Assembly: GCA_013265495.1 (NCBI GenBank)
Contig: MU058065.1
Span: 951,527 to 1,013,526, forward strand
Direction of reading: 5' to 3'
Length of the DNA stretch: 62,000 nucleotides
Source: Vicugna vicugna
Taxonomy: Eukaryota
The notes below the pieces were generated by a model. It searched no databases. It saw only the letters and a list, made by a program, of their open reading frames with translations, and was not told the DNA's origin. Both the position numbers and the translations under genes were made by a program. Shown here in pieces: positions 25,491 to 38,080 of the stretch. Position 1 is the first letter of the stretch; each line of letters begins with the position of its first letter.

Positions 25491-28049
25491 AAGACATCAC
25501 TCTGAACTGACCAACTATAGTCAAAATGGCCCACTTCTGCAAATTTTACATAATCCTATGACCATGTGAACACATTGCTAAGGTTTCTCCCAGCATCTTA
25601 GACTGGCTTTTACCTGTGTCTGGTCATAAAATGTGTGTCGTTAGTTTCCCATTAAACCTACCTCTGGTGACCAACCTAACTGTAATTTATGAAGATCTAC
25701 TCTCTGCTTTTCTTACCTCTTCTGTTGGATTTTCTTTTATTCGTGCTGTCTGCTTGATGATTCTTGGTTTTCCAAGAGCACTTATCACTGAGAGGTGGGC
25801 TGATCAGTTTAGGGAGGTGTCTTGGATATCCTTTTTAGTAGCTCCGTACCCTTTCACTCCACCTACACCTTTGCTTCTCAGACCTTGCAAGGGATATGCT
25901 TTGCACTTTTCCTGGTGTGTAAACGCCACAGCGCCTACGTGATGTGGTCCCTGCCTCTCTCCCTGACTTTCTCTTTACTGTATCTGTGGTCAGTAGGGTC
26001 CCTCAGCACATCACCCTCATTTTATTGCAGCATCTTTACAATTCCCCAAACTCCTGAAACACTCCTCCAGGCTTTCCCTAGCTGACTATTCATTATTTAT
26101 ATGTCAACTCACCTCTTTAGATTTGCTGACTGATACAGCGATAGCGCGGAAGGAAAGGCTATGGGGAGTCATCAGAAAACACTGAGGTCAGCGGTTTTTT
26201 GCCTTATCCTTCCCTTGCGTCTGCCTTCTGACTTGCTTCAGTTTTATACCTAGACTTCCTATCTTGTTTGCCTTTCTAACCTTCTCTCATCAGGTCCCCC
26301 ACTGGTCTCTTTTGCAGAATCCTGATACAAATGTGAAAGAAAGCCACACGTTCAAATATAAAAATGAGGTAAATTTCTCTAAAAATTCCCACCCCAGCCA
26401 TCTTTGGGATCAATTGCACTTTTTTTCCAAAATTAAATAATACTATTAATCTTCTTTTTAAGCTAATTATATCCCTACTCTTGTGTTTTTCCCTAGCAAA
26501 CTCCTTATTCTCATGTTCACATTTACATTGCAATCTTCTATCCCCTCTTCCTCCATTTTTTCAAGTTTTACCTTAATCATTGAATTTTCCAATACTTGAA
26601 GGTAAAGTTTTTTTCTCTTTTATCCAATGCGCAATCTTTTGAATGTGAGATTGTTCATGTAAGATGCTGGAGTCTGGAAAGAGGCAGGGACTCATAGTAT
26701 GATACGGGGTCTTGTGAACTTCTGGAACCAAGTGAAACTGTTTGGAACATAGACAATGTATTTGATACTGTAGACTATGAGCAGCCAAGAATTTTCTAGA
26801 GCAAGACAAGCATTTGGATGCTAGTCTCAGGTAAAGACTAGGGGGTCCTCAGGCATTCAGGCTATTTTGACATAACTATAATGGGAGGTGTCTAATCATC
26901 TCCAAAGTGGTCCTGTGTTTTTTCCCCCCTTTGGTAACTTTCCATTCAAGGAATCAATATGCCTGTGTGTGTGATCTCTGTCACTCAGGTGTCAAATCCC
27001 AAAGGAATGAGGAGAGTGAGACAGAAAAGCCTCCTCTGGCAGAGGCAGTGTATAAACTTCTGGTCTTAGAACAGCCAGGTTTCAGCCGTTCAAACACTTC
27101 TGAATATCGTGTGAATGCCACACCATGTAATCCTTGAGGTCTGAGCAAGGGGCTGACGTGATGCTACCAACTGCAACCTCAAGGACTAGGATTGTCTTTT
27201 ATTCAAACCATATCCCCATCATTGGTAATAACAATGAATGGCACATGAGCTCTCAAGAAGTATTTACTCAGTGAAAGAAATCAAGTATTTTAATGTGTTG
27301 GCTTTATACTTTAAATGTACATAAACTTCTTAACTATTAAATAAAAACAGAATATTTATTTATTTTTCTATCCCAATGTCATGAGTATCATATTTCAAGG
27401 GTCTTTGTGAGGAAACATTGGTGGAGAACTGAGTATTGAGCTGTCACTGCCCAGTGGGACAGTGTATTTTAATTTAATACCAGATATTATTCTATAATTC
27501 TTTCTCCCCAACCCCTGCATTTTAAATAGGATCATCCAGTGTCTCCCTGAAGAAAGACTAACAAAATTTGGATGGATGCATTCTCTGTAACAAAGTACCT
27601 CCTTAAGCCAATAAGCCTTTTGTTGAATGTAGCTGAGAAGGCACTTTGAAACATACCAAGAAACTTAAATGATCACAGTGTGGTGATAATAGCTACCCCA
27701 AGGAAAATGTACCAGCAAAATCAATTTAAAAGCCAATTTACTGTTTGACCTTAGCAAACTCATCTGACCTTCCTTGCAACCAGTTAAAAGATTAATAAAA
27801 TATGATCAATAATGGCAAAGAAAACCTACAGCTACCTACACTGAGCCGTAACTATGAACTTTGCTCTGTTGTAGGGGAAAATACTGCCTCTTTGGTGTTC
27901 AAGTCGATCGGGATTAGATGGGTTAGTTTCGTTCATGCTACATAAATAGGATATAGTGTTTGCCTCGTGTCCAAAACACTTTGGAATCTCTGTAAATGGT
28001 GAAGAGTAAGCTGACAAAAATTAATTTAAATGAGAGGCTGCATGGGCAT

Positions 28050-28275
28050 TGATTTTGTTTTAGAATCAGATAAGCTTAATTTAAGTTCCTAGAATCTGCA
28101 ACTACTACCTGGGTAAGTTTGGTCAAGTTCTGTCAACTTCAACTACTTTATTTAGAAAATGGAGGTAATCAAAGAGTTGAGGTAAGAATTAAGTAAAGTA
28201 TATTTAAAAAATGGACAGCGCAGGATCTGGCGTGGAGTAAGCAGTAACTGTAACAGTCATCGGTATTATTACTGG
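28050..28275 (+). mobile_element. MIR SINE
   Basis: ttagaatcagat...aaaatggaggtaat...gttgaggtaagaattaagtaa...tggcgtggagtaagc. Confidence 0.6.
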
Positions 28276-29374
28276 AGTGCTGCTGTTATGATGAATTACG
28301 AACTTACAGTTAGTAACTACACGGGGTATCACTGTATACATTTTGTGAACTAACATCATTTCTGTCTGGTTTTAATCTCAAGCCCTTTTGTTTTCCTTCT
28401 TACAATTCTCGCACATTTCTAATGCATGTTATCTTGTTATATTTTATGCATTAATGTAAAGTACTTTAATTTATTTGATAACAGGATGGGGTTTAAATAA
28501 ATGTGTAGGTGGATAGACCTAAATTTTTAACTATGTAAATAATACATGTATATACAGCAATCTTGGGCTAGAAATTACAAAATTTCACAAGATCTCATAC
28601 AAATTTTATTTTCCATAATGAAAGAGAGGAAGTAGAGGAAATAATGTCAAAGGTAAACATAAATCAGCTAGAATTTAAACTTTACAAGTGTATGGACTTT
28701 GCCCTGTTATTGTCTGGAACGGTGCTTGATGTACAGGACTTTAATGAATATTTGTGAAATGAATACATAAATGAAGCCAATGGGTATGACTCAGTACTTC
28801 ATGTACAGAGCAACGGGCCAAGCACCCAGGGGAATAAAAGATTTAAAACAAGCAAACCTAGCTCCCCTTTCTGGAACTTGCCATAGAGTATAGAAGACAA
28901 ATTCCCAAAGAAATAATGATTGTAAGTCAGTTGGCATTGTGATGGAGACTCAAGCACATGGGTCTGCGTGTGTGTTGGGGTTAACAGTGGGTGTTTGAGG
29001 GGTGTGCGACGATTCCAACTGGGAGAAAATTTGACAAACTCTGAATACTGTTATCAACAGGGAAGATTCTGAGTAGCACCTGGATGCTAGTTTTAAGCAA
29101 CATTTAGAATATTTTTTTAAAATAATGTAACTCTGATCTCATGAAGCACTGACTTCCTCAGATGGCAGATGGTCACCCCATCATAGGGAACTGATTTAAC
29201 CAAAAGCTGAAACTTTCTTCCCACAGCACTCTTTGCTATAAGGTACCTATAAGCAATTTTGATGAGGAAGTGTATGAAATGACTTAAGTTTAGCATTTAG
29301 TCCCATGATAAAATGTTGTTTCTGAGAAATATGATACAATTTCCAACATATGAGACAGAATGGATTCTCTAATA

Positions 29375-29558
29375 TAGTTTTCTCAGTACCGGCTGCATAT
29401 TCTAAACACCGGGTAGGTTATGGGAAGGGAGGCAGAAAGGATAAAAAGGAGGAGGAGAAGGAGAAGTTGTCCAGCCTGACCCCAGGCTGATAAAATCAGA
29501 ATCTGTGGGAGCAAGGCCCAGGCATGAGTGATAAATAAAAATCTCCTGAGATGAATGC
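29375..29558. mobile_element. MER5-like hAT relic, truncated on the right
   Basis: aaatcagaatctgtgggagcaaggcccaggcat core. Confidence 0.6.
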
Positions 29559-30283
29559 AGGTTGCTTCCATGTCTTGGTTATTATAAATCGTACTATTAC
29601 GTATGAGCACTGGGGTGCATGTGTCTTTTTGAATTGGAATTTTCTCTGGATATATGCCCAGGAGTGGGATTGCTGGATCACAGTGTTCTCCGTACTGTTC
29701 TCCATAGTGGCTGCACAAATTTATATTCCTACCAACAGTGGAGGAGGGTTCTTTTTTCTCCATACGCTCTCTGACATTTATTATTTGTAGACTTTTTGGT
29801 GATGACCATTTTGACTGGTGTGAGGTGATACCTCATTGTAGTTTTGATTTGCATTTCTCTAATAATTGGCAATATTGAGTATCTTTTCATGTACTTGCTG
29901 GCCATCTGTATGTCTTTTTTGGAGAAATGTCTATTTAGGCCTTCTGCCCAGTTTTGATTGGATGATTTGGGTTTTTTTTTTTCTATATTAAGCTGTATGA
30001 GTTGTTTGTATATTTTGGAAATTAATCCCTTGTCAGTTGCATCATTTGCAAATATTTTCTCTCATTCTGTAGGTTGTCATTTCATTTGGTTTATGGTTTC
30101 CTTTGCTGTGCAAAAGTTTTTAAGTTTAATTAGGTCTCATTTGCTTATTTTTGCTTTAATTTCCATTACTCTAGGAGATGAATCCAAAAGAATATTGTTA
30201 TGATTTATGTCAAAGAATGTTCTGCCTATGTTTTCCTCTAGGAGTTTTATAGCATCCGGTCTTATGTTTAAGTCTTTAACCCA
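29559..30283 (-). mobile_element. LINE-1 ORF2 3' fragment
   Basis: Peptide remnants [10 protein letters not shown] and [13 protein letters not shown]...KDTCTP. Typical gtgaggtgatacctcattgtagttttgatttgcatttctct. Confidence 0.92.
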
Positions 30284-31109
30284 TGGGGCTCTTCTTGTCA
30301 TGAGCCGAGATGGATGGAAGTTTGAAGTGTTGATAATGGATAATGTGATTAGTTATTTCTTGTTCAATCAAGAGGTAGAGAGCACACAGAGCATTTAGTA
30401 GCTGGAAGAGTGGAACTAAATAATGGGAATGAATTGGATTCCTTTTAAGAATGAATATAAAAAGAATATAAAAAGAATTTATGAGGAATTGTGAAATAAT
30501 AAATGACACTGAAATTGGACATATGGGAGAAGACGTAAGTGGTCAATGAAGTAGCCTTAGCAACTATTAGAGGAGGCTTTTTTATTACAGATGTACTTTT
30601 TTTGTAAGCTTGTTGAACTCCAGAAACTTGTCTTATGTATTTCAGATGCTCAAAAACATTTTATTTACTGATACCCCAGTAACATTAAACATACTGACTT
30701 GCTCCCTATTTAAACTAGATTAATTCTGGGAAAATGAATACATGAATGCGCTAAATATCCTTCAAATAAATATCTTATCTGCATACGTAAGTCTAAGATT
30801 GCTGGATTTTTTTTAATGCCTTCTGCACACTTTAGACACACACTAAGTCATTTAATTAGAATTAGGTGCATACTGAAGAAAAATGTCAAGTTTCCTCTTA
30901 TTTAGTGGGTTATCTGTTTGAAGCAGAAGCCAAGTGGTAACTGAGGACACTTGAGGGTCACATAACCCAACTGAAGGGTCCAAGACCTCACTACTCACCC
31001 AAACCAGCTTCCACAGTACGTACAGTCTCAGAGGCAACTGTGAAAGTGGAAAAAATGTGTGTACTTTTCTTTGAAAGAGTTCTTACCAATCTTGTTTCTT
31101 GATGAATAA

Positions 31110-31164
31110 ATACAAGCAAAGACAAAGTCAACTAATTTAAACTATTGCTTTTATTATAATTACA
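31110..31164 (-). terminator. Distal polyadenylation site
   Basis: Minus strand reads cgTGTAattatAATAAAagcaatagtttaaattagTTGACTTTGTCTTTGCTTGT: UGUA upstream, AATAAA at 31155-31150, GU/U-rich element about 20 nt downstream. Confidence 0.8.
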
Positions 31165-34100
31165 CGGGAGCACAAATAAATAAGCACAAAAGTATTGCAA
31201 AATATTGCCAATGCACTAAAGAAAACAATTTGTTTTCAAACAACATCTGGTTACTTCAGTAGTATCAAAGTACATTTATAATTACATGTTACCTAAAAAA
31301 ATCAAGTACAAAAATTAAAAGAAATGAAAACATCAGTGTTCATATTATTATGTATATAGAAATGGCTAACAACACATGAGTGAGAAATCTGTTATCTAAT
31401 GCTTATTTGCACAACTTTTCAGGCACATACCTGACATTTTTAATGGGTTATGAAAAATGCAATATGACATTCAGATTTTTAGATACGGTAAACATGTTAC
31501 GTTGGAATGGATGTTAAATGGTTTCTTTTAAAAACCCTGTCTTTTAAAAATGCAGTGCCATTATCCACTAAAAAACATATTATTTGATATCATTTTCTCA
31601 ATAGCTATTTGTTTCAATTTCTTGAAAAGAGCAAGAAAGTAAACATACAATTGCTAAATACGTAAACACATTTTTAGTGCAAAATAACAAGACCTGTGAC
31701 TTTACTGTGCTTTGTTTTTCATAATCACAGTGCACTTTACACAAACTGCTACACTATAAATGTTAACTGAAGGAGCTCCAAACAAAAGAAGTGCATACTA
31801 AACGTTTTCATATTTATTATATACAGTATGTATACTGTATGTGGATGTATACATGTGTAAATGTAGATGCTTTTAGGGTGGGCAAACCCAGTCATATTTG
31901 GGAACAATTGAAAACTTCAGAAAGATTTTCATATAGTTGAGTTGGTTGAGATAACTACAATAATATTTCTATAACAATATTTCCCCCTAAATTTGAAACT
32001 TTATAATATTTAAAGGGAAATGTAATAGGACTTTTATTTTTCAGATTACACACATTTTGCTATGATGTAATTGACCCAAATACCAATGGGTTTTAAATAA
32101 ATCCAAACCCCAAGCCATAATGTTCAAGTCCAACATGGTAAAATGTGTTATCCTTTTACTGATTTACATAGACAGCATTACATACCTAGGTGTACATATA
32201 GAGGCTTACACTTACACATAGTTTATACTTAGACATCAATTTTCATATGTTTTAGTATTTTGTTTTGACTACACACTTGATTGAAAAAAGAGAATAGCAT
32301 ACATAAACATTAGTGATGTTAAACACGTGATGTTGTATATCTTCCTAAGAACAATTGGCTTTGTTTTGAAAACATTAATAATTGCATAACCAAGCTCTTT
32401 GAAGGCAGGGGCCATATCTTTTTGAACCCTTAATGCCAAATCCTTCAGAAATGTTTTAAGATAACTGATATAAGTTGCTCAGTAAATGAACTGTTAAGTG
32501 AATAATGGATTAATAACAAATTGCTCACATTCTAGAGTTAGCTATGTATTTTCCCACACAAGGAAGATTTAGTGAGTTAACCTTAACTACAATAGGTACA
32601 ATTTTTCTTTCACTTCCATTAAAGTTTGGGACACAATGAATTGTGAATTTCTATCCTATTCTATTTCTACTTCTTTGCAAGAGTGCATTATCTCTCAACT
32701 CAGATTACTTGCTGTTAAAATCATAAGGATGTTTTCTTAATTTCATAGGTAGCCCTAATTAGCTCGCAAGCTCTTTTTTAGTTTAGGCAAGTGACTCACC
32801 TTAACTTAGAAGTGATACTGAAATTGTGTTGTATGCGCATTGTTCTGATGTCTTATTTAATTAATTAAGACAATTAAAACCATAGGGCTGTTTAGTTTTG
32901 TTGATTTGATCACCAAATTTGCTCATAAGAGTCAAACCAAATTGTATGTAAGGACAAGGCCTAAGCCAAAATGTAGCGAGAAAAATGTTTCTCTACTCTC
33001 CAGAAGCATTCAAAGAAAGCTATTTGGAACCTCAGTGCCTCCGAAGCCTCAGTGTCACCATTTCGAACAGTGAAGTTGTAACTAGTTGCATCCAGACAGT
33101 TACTGTGTATTTGAATGTGTATAGTCTTTAAAACTATAAATTTTAACCCCTTAATGTTTTATTTTGTTTCACTTTCATGACTTTTTTAAATAAGTGGACA
33201 TTAACTTTTACACAAATCAATCGCTTTTCACTCCCATCTTGCTTCGACAGCATAAACACAAGGGAAACGTTTGGCAATGTTTACATAAGGAACTACGGTT
33301 ACATCTCAGAAGATGCTGGCTCTGGAATTGGGCAGAAATGCAAAATTTGATTTTTTTTTCTCCTTCCATCAACTCTAAAGAAATTTCTCTCTTCTAAGAA
33401 GTTTTTCACACATAAAAGCATCTTGCTGACAGCCAATAAAACTCTGTTTCTATAAAATTTGCCGTGAAAAGATAATTTTTATAGGTATGAGCTCTTTCAA
33501 CCTGATAACCATGCCATGATATGATTTGTTCTTTGGGACTGCTGAAAAAATGTGAGCTTTATCATTCCATAGCGTTCTGGCTGTAGGGGGAGATTTTCAC
33601 CATCTGACCAAATTCATCCGTTGGAGTGTCCTGATTGACTGCCACCAGAGAGCAAACTTGTTTTTCTCTCTATCCTAATGATCTTTTTTGCTCCACATAA
33701 AGAAACACTACACAAAGAGGAAATTAATCATAGGATGGCTATTGCCACATAAGCTAAGTCACCATGGACAGCCATATAGGCACAGAATTTCATCTCTTGA
33801 GTCAAATACCAATTAAGCTGCTTTTCCAGATCTTTCAGCTACTTCCCACTGAAGACAAGATTTGGAGAAATTAAGTGGAAATAGTTGCTTAAGGTCAGAT
33901 TTTCAAGCAAGTTACCTTCTCAGGAAATAACTGGCTTAAAAAAGGAGCGTATAAAACCTGGCAACAGCATGAGTTTGGCAGAACAAATGGAAATGGCTGA
34001 ATCCAACACAAATCATTTTAGTAGCTTTTTGACAAGTGGCCAGTATTTAAAGAATTATCTTCTGCCTTATTCAAAGAGATATGGGAAAGATTGGCATTTG

Positions 34101-36353
34101 AAAAACACACTTGCATGTGTTACCTAAATAGAAATTTCAAAGGAATTCTCCATCATTATCATAATCAGCCTTATATATATAGATACACAGATCTAGATAT
34201 ATATAGAGACATATCTATCTGTTCATATAATATATCTATATATATCAAATCATCATAACGATGCCGAGAATTGATGGCTTATATATGACTGATTCATTAG
34301 CTAGAGTACACGTGGTCATAATAACTTAAATCAGGATAACAACTTGGGTCATAAACACATTTTATCTCAATTCTGATTTTACGCATTTTCATCACTCTTA
34401 GACTTATACTCCACTGATCGTTGGGTTTGAAACATGATCGATAATTGGTGAAATTTGGCAGCACAGTTTTTTTAGGCTACTTAACATCTCGCCATGATTT
34501 CCTGTACTTGTGGCGCTGCTTTTTTTTTTTTTACCACCTCAGTTATTCAAGCAAAACCTAAAACTTCAATAAGCGTTTTATGTATACATTTCTCGCACTG
34601 AGTTCTCCTCCACGCGTACACGCGCACACATAACAGATACACATGCTCCCCCTGACCTTATTTTCCTTATACTTTCAGAATTCTTGTTGGGCATCAAAAT
34701 ATACATTAATTATAAAATATTAAAAAAGTATTTTATAACATTTCAAAGGCTTGAAAGAAACTATTACTGATAAAGTGTTACTACGCCTTTAGCGATATAG
34801 ATTACAAAAATTCCCTAACTCCTGCTATATTTGGTTTTACTGAGCAGCATGGTACTATTGCTGTCAAAACCCTTACAAGGAAAACCACTATGACAATAAC
34901 TTCAAACACATACCTTCTCTCTCAGAAATATAATACTAAATTGATTGTTAAAGAAGAATCACATACTGTCAATTTCAGGAAGCATAAATAGTACTTTAAA
35001 TATACAAAATATATGTGATAGTTTCCTTTTTATTCACCCTTGGGGATATTTATAGTTGACTAACAAGTTACTCTTAAAAGATATATATGATTTGTTTACC
35101 TTAAACTTTACCAACACATAAAATTGAATCCACCCCGGCTCCCATCCCCTGCATTTCCTGTTTCTTCCTTGAAACAAAATAAACAATCGGTCATAATTCT
35201 TTGGTCATGGTGTCATAATCAGTAAGAATGGGTGTGATTGATGAAAATGCACAGAAAGTTATACCGCAAAAATATGGTGATGACTAGTTTGAAAAATTAA
35301 CATGAAATACTACTCCATTAATGGACCTAAATTTTAAGATTGGTATTGAGAGGACTAATATGTAAACTCGTCTGGTTGAAAGTTTATTGATCATTTTCTA
35401 GGGGAAACAGACATACACATGAAAAGTTACTTAAAAATAATGATTGCAGTGGCAACATAATGCCGCTGTTCCCACCTTCTTGAAAGTAGTCCTGCTATTT
35501 ACCCTTTGATTCCTTGTTCCTTCCATTGTCACAGTGAACCCTGGTCTCCTCCAATCAGATCTACGATGCAAGGACAGGTATCCCTAAAGTCATTTCTGAA
35601 GGAAATGTTTTCTGCTGGGATGTCCAAATATATGCTCACAACTTTTTCTGGAGTCTGACTAACCATTGCTTAGTACAAACAAGATGATACTGATGAGAAA
35701 TTCTTATAAAGCCAATGTAGCAAAAATATTGGTGTTGATGTGATGTGGACGTCCAAATTCAGCATCACTTTTGCGTTCATTTCCTGTCAAACCCTTAAAA
35801 ACTTACAAAGCAACAGATGTTCTGAACAAATATGATATTCAACTGCTACATTACTAGCACCAGATCATATATTATGTGATTGAACATAATTTATATGTGA
35901 GCTCAGGTACAGAAACCAAATGTGGGCAGAAAAAAAACACATTTTAAATGCAAAAATTAATAATAAAAGGCATCGAGGGATTACATATAAAAGAGATAAC
36001 AAACCAGTTAATACCGAAATTGTTTCATATAGTAAAACTCTTGATATTTCTGTAATTTGTATACGTATAATGTGTATTATTTCAGGTGTCACCCATAAAC
36101 CTGTAAAATATTTACATCTTGATATCTTCTGGATTCAAAATAATCCGTGATAAATAAGTGTGCCTTAATTGCAAGGAAATAGACGTTTTATCTTGAACTT
36201 GCCACGAATAGGCACAGCTTCCCATGGGTTTTCCAGGGAAGTGCTGGCATTCCATTCTGACAGGGAAAATGTGTAACAGTTACTTATCACATGACCGAGT
36301 CGACCTCCCTCTTCCTGTTAAGGAACGTGGAGCTCACGCCATCCTGCACACGG
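31130..36353 (-). other. NYAP2: 3'UTR of NYAP2 (~5.2 kb)
   Basis: Contiguous with the stop codon, repeat-poor, U-rich on the minus strand, carries many miRNA seed matches and ends at a canonical poly(A) signal. Confidence 0.8.
32390..32505 (+). mobile_element. LINE-2 3' end fragment inside the 3'UTR
   Basis: aagctctttgaaggcaggggccatatct...gctcagtaaatg...gtgaat. Confidence 0.55.
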
Positions 36354-36581
36354 TCAGATGGCAGTGTCCCAGAACACCGTCTGCTGCTTACAGTAGGGTG
36401 GAGGGCTGTACTTCTTCGCACCCGCATTCTTCTTCCAGCTGGGGAGGGTAGGCATGCTATCCTGTTTGCAAAGGCCCTTTTCCGTTTTCTGTCTAGCCTT
36501 TATTTCCTTGCACAAGCAACGCTTTTTCTCAATCATCTCAAGCATTGTATGGTCTCCATGAAACCACTGCATGCATGCCAC
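36354..36581 (-). CDS. NYAP2: Terminal coding exon of neuronal tyrosine-phosphorylated PI3K adaptor 2 (long C-terminal isoform), phase 0, 75 aa + stop
   Basis: Strong acceptor on the minus strand (ttttttccttctgtattcactctttgttttttgctag|GTG) opens directly into VACMQWFHGDHTMLEMIEKKRCLCKEIKARQKTEKGLCKQDSMPTLPSWKKNAGAKKYSPPPYCKQQTVFWDTAI*. This matches my recollection of the NYAP family C-terminus (NYAP1 ends ...CKQESMPILPSWRR...HTVLWDTAI). The AT-rich, long-intron context fits NYAP2 rather than NYAP1. Confidence 0.9.
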   Translation of the reverse strand: MACMQWFHGDHTMLEMIEKKRCLCKEIKARQKTEKGLCKQDSMPTLPSWKKNAGAKKYSPPPYCKQQTVFWDTAI

Positions 36582-37829
36582 CTAGCAAAAAACAAAGAGT
36601 GAATACAGAAGGAAAAAAATGGAATGAAAGCAGGTTTTTTTTTTTTTGCACTGTGCTAGTATTTGTTTCAAAAAAATGTCAGCTGATTGTATTTTTTGAA
36701 ATTCTTAGAAAGCAAAATTAAAGCATGGGAACTGTAAATAAAATGTATACTTGAATTAGTGGACGTTGTGATATTATTAAATGATAACTGAGGCATGATA
36801 TTGTTCCAATATGTTCTAAAAGCCCATGATACAGAGATAAAACCTTTTGTCAAAAGTTTTAAGCCAATTACCAAATATCTATCTATTATTTTTATGTTGA
36901 CTTCATTGTCTTATGGGTCCCAATATCCTAAGTTGAATTATCAGAATTACTTTTCACTGAGATCTAATGAGTGAGATGTTTTAAAGATTTTAATGAACAT
37001 TTTCATTCTTAAAATAAAACTTGTGTTTGTTCATAGCATAAAGAATTAAGACTTTCAATGGTTTTCTCCCAAATCAAGCTTCAATGTGCATCTAATGCTT
37101 GGAATTTAAATACTTAAATATCTATTTTGCAAAGAAGTTTTGCTAGACTGGTTGATGCTTCAGCAAATATCTAACTAGAATCATTGGTTTCTGCAATCAT
37201 ACTGACACAGATCCTAATTAGCTCCAGAACTTCAAAGAACCCAATTTGTCAGGTCAGTTGGGTACCAGGAGAAGGTTCAGTGCTGACTGTGTATTGATGC
37301 ACATACATATATTTCTGGACAGGTAAACACTGCTCCCAGGTGTACAAGGCCATGTCCACCAAAAACTGTTCTTTGGAACAGAGCTGGTCGGCTGAGTCTG
37401 CCACAAGCACAGCAGTGTGACTGGGCCATGGACCCAGGATGGGGACGCTTACAATTAATTGTTTAAACAAATCTGCTTTATGAATTGAAGGGTTCAAATA
37501 GCTCACTTGGAGTCACTAAATTTGATGGAACAATTTTAGGAAAATAATCAGCAAATACTTCAGGTTAAGTTTTGATGTGAACAAGGCAATACCGAATTCT
37601 CACAATTCTTAATTCTTTCTGGAGAGGGCAGAACTCCGAGCTAGAAGACAAAGACTCGAATACTGGATGTGTCAAGTTTCCACTGGCCACTCCATTTCTG
37701 TTTCTTTATCCAAATCATTGACTTGATAATATCTTAATTTCAGAAATAAGTATAAGGATGAAACTGGATAATGAGGGTGAAGTTATTTTTACAAACAGTA
37801 AAACAAATCCCACCAATTAATATTCTAAT

Positions 37830-38080
37830 ACTGACATGTACCTGGCGACAGTTTTTCCATACCTGCTCTCTGCCAGGCATGTGGGAAGAGTTCTATATAT
37901 GTTACACTAAATTCTCCCGGCCACACTGAAAGTTAGAATTTAGCTACGTACAAATGAGAAAGCTGAGTCTCAGAAAGTTTAAGGTACTAGATCAAGGTCA
38001 CAGCTATTTGGCTATGATACAGACCTATATCAAACTAAAACTGTCCGACTTCAAAGTGAATAGTCTTTCTACTACAGCAT
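37830..38080 (-). mobile_element. MIR SINE
   Basis: tgccaggcat...tacaaatgagaaagctgagtctcagaaagtttaagg...caaggtcacagcta. Confidence 0.7.

Noticed and set aside
31143..31149. miR-137 seed match
   Set aside because: Lies between the AATAAA and the cleavage site, so function is doubtful.
37249..37506. 85-aa minus-strand ORF just upstream of the terminal exon
   Set aside because: No convincing splice acceptor and no homology; intronic.
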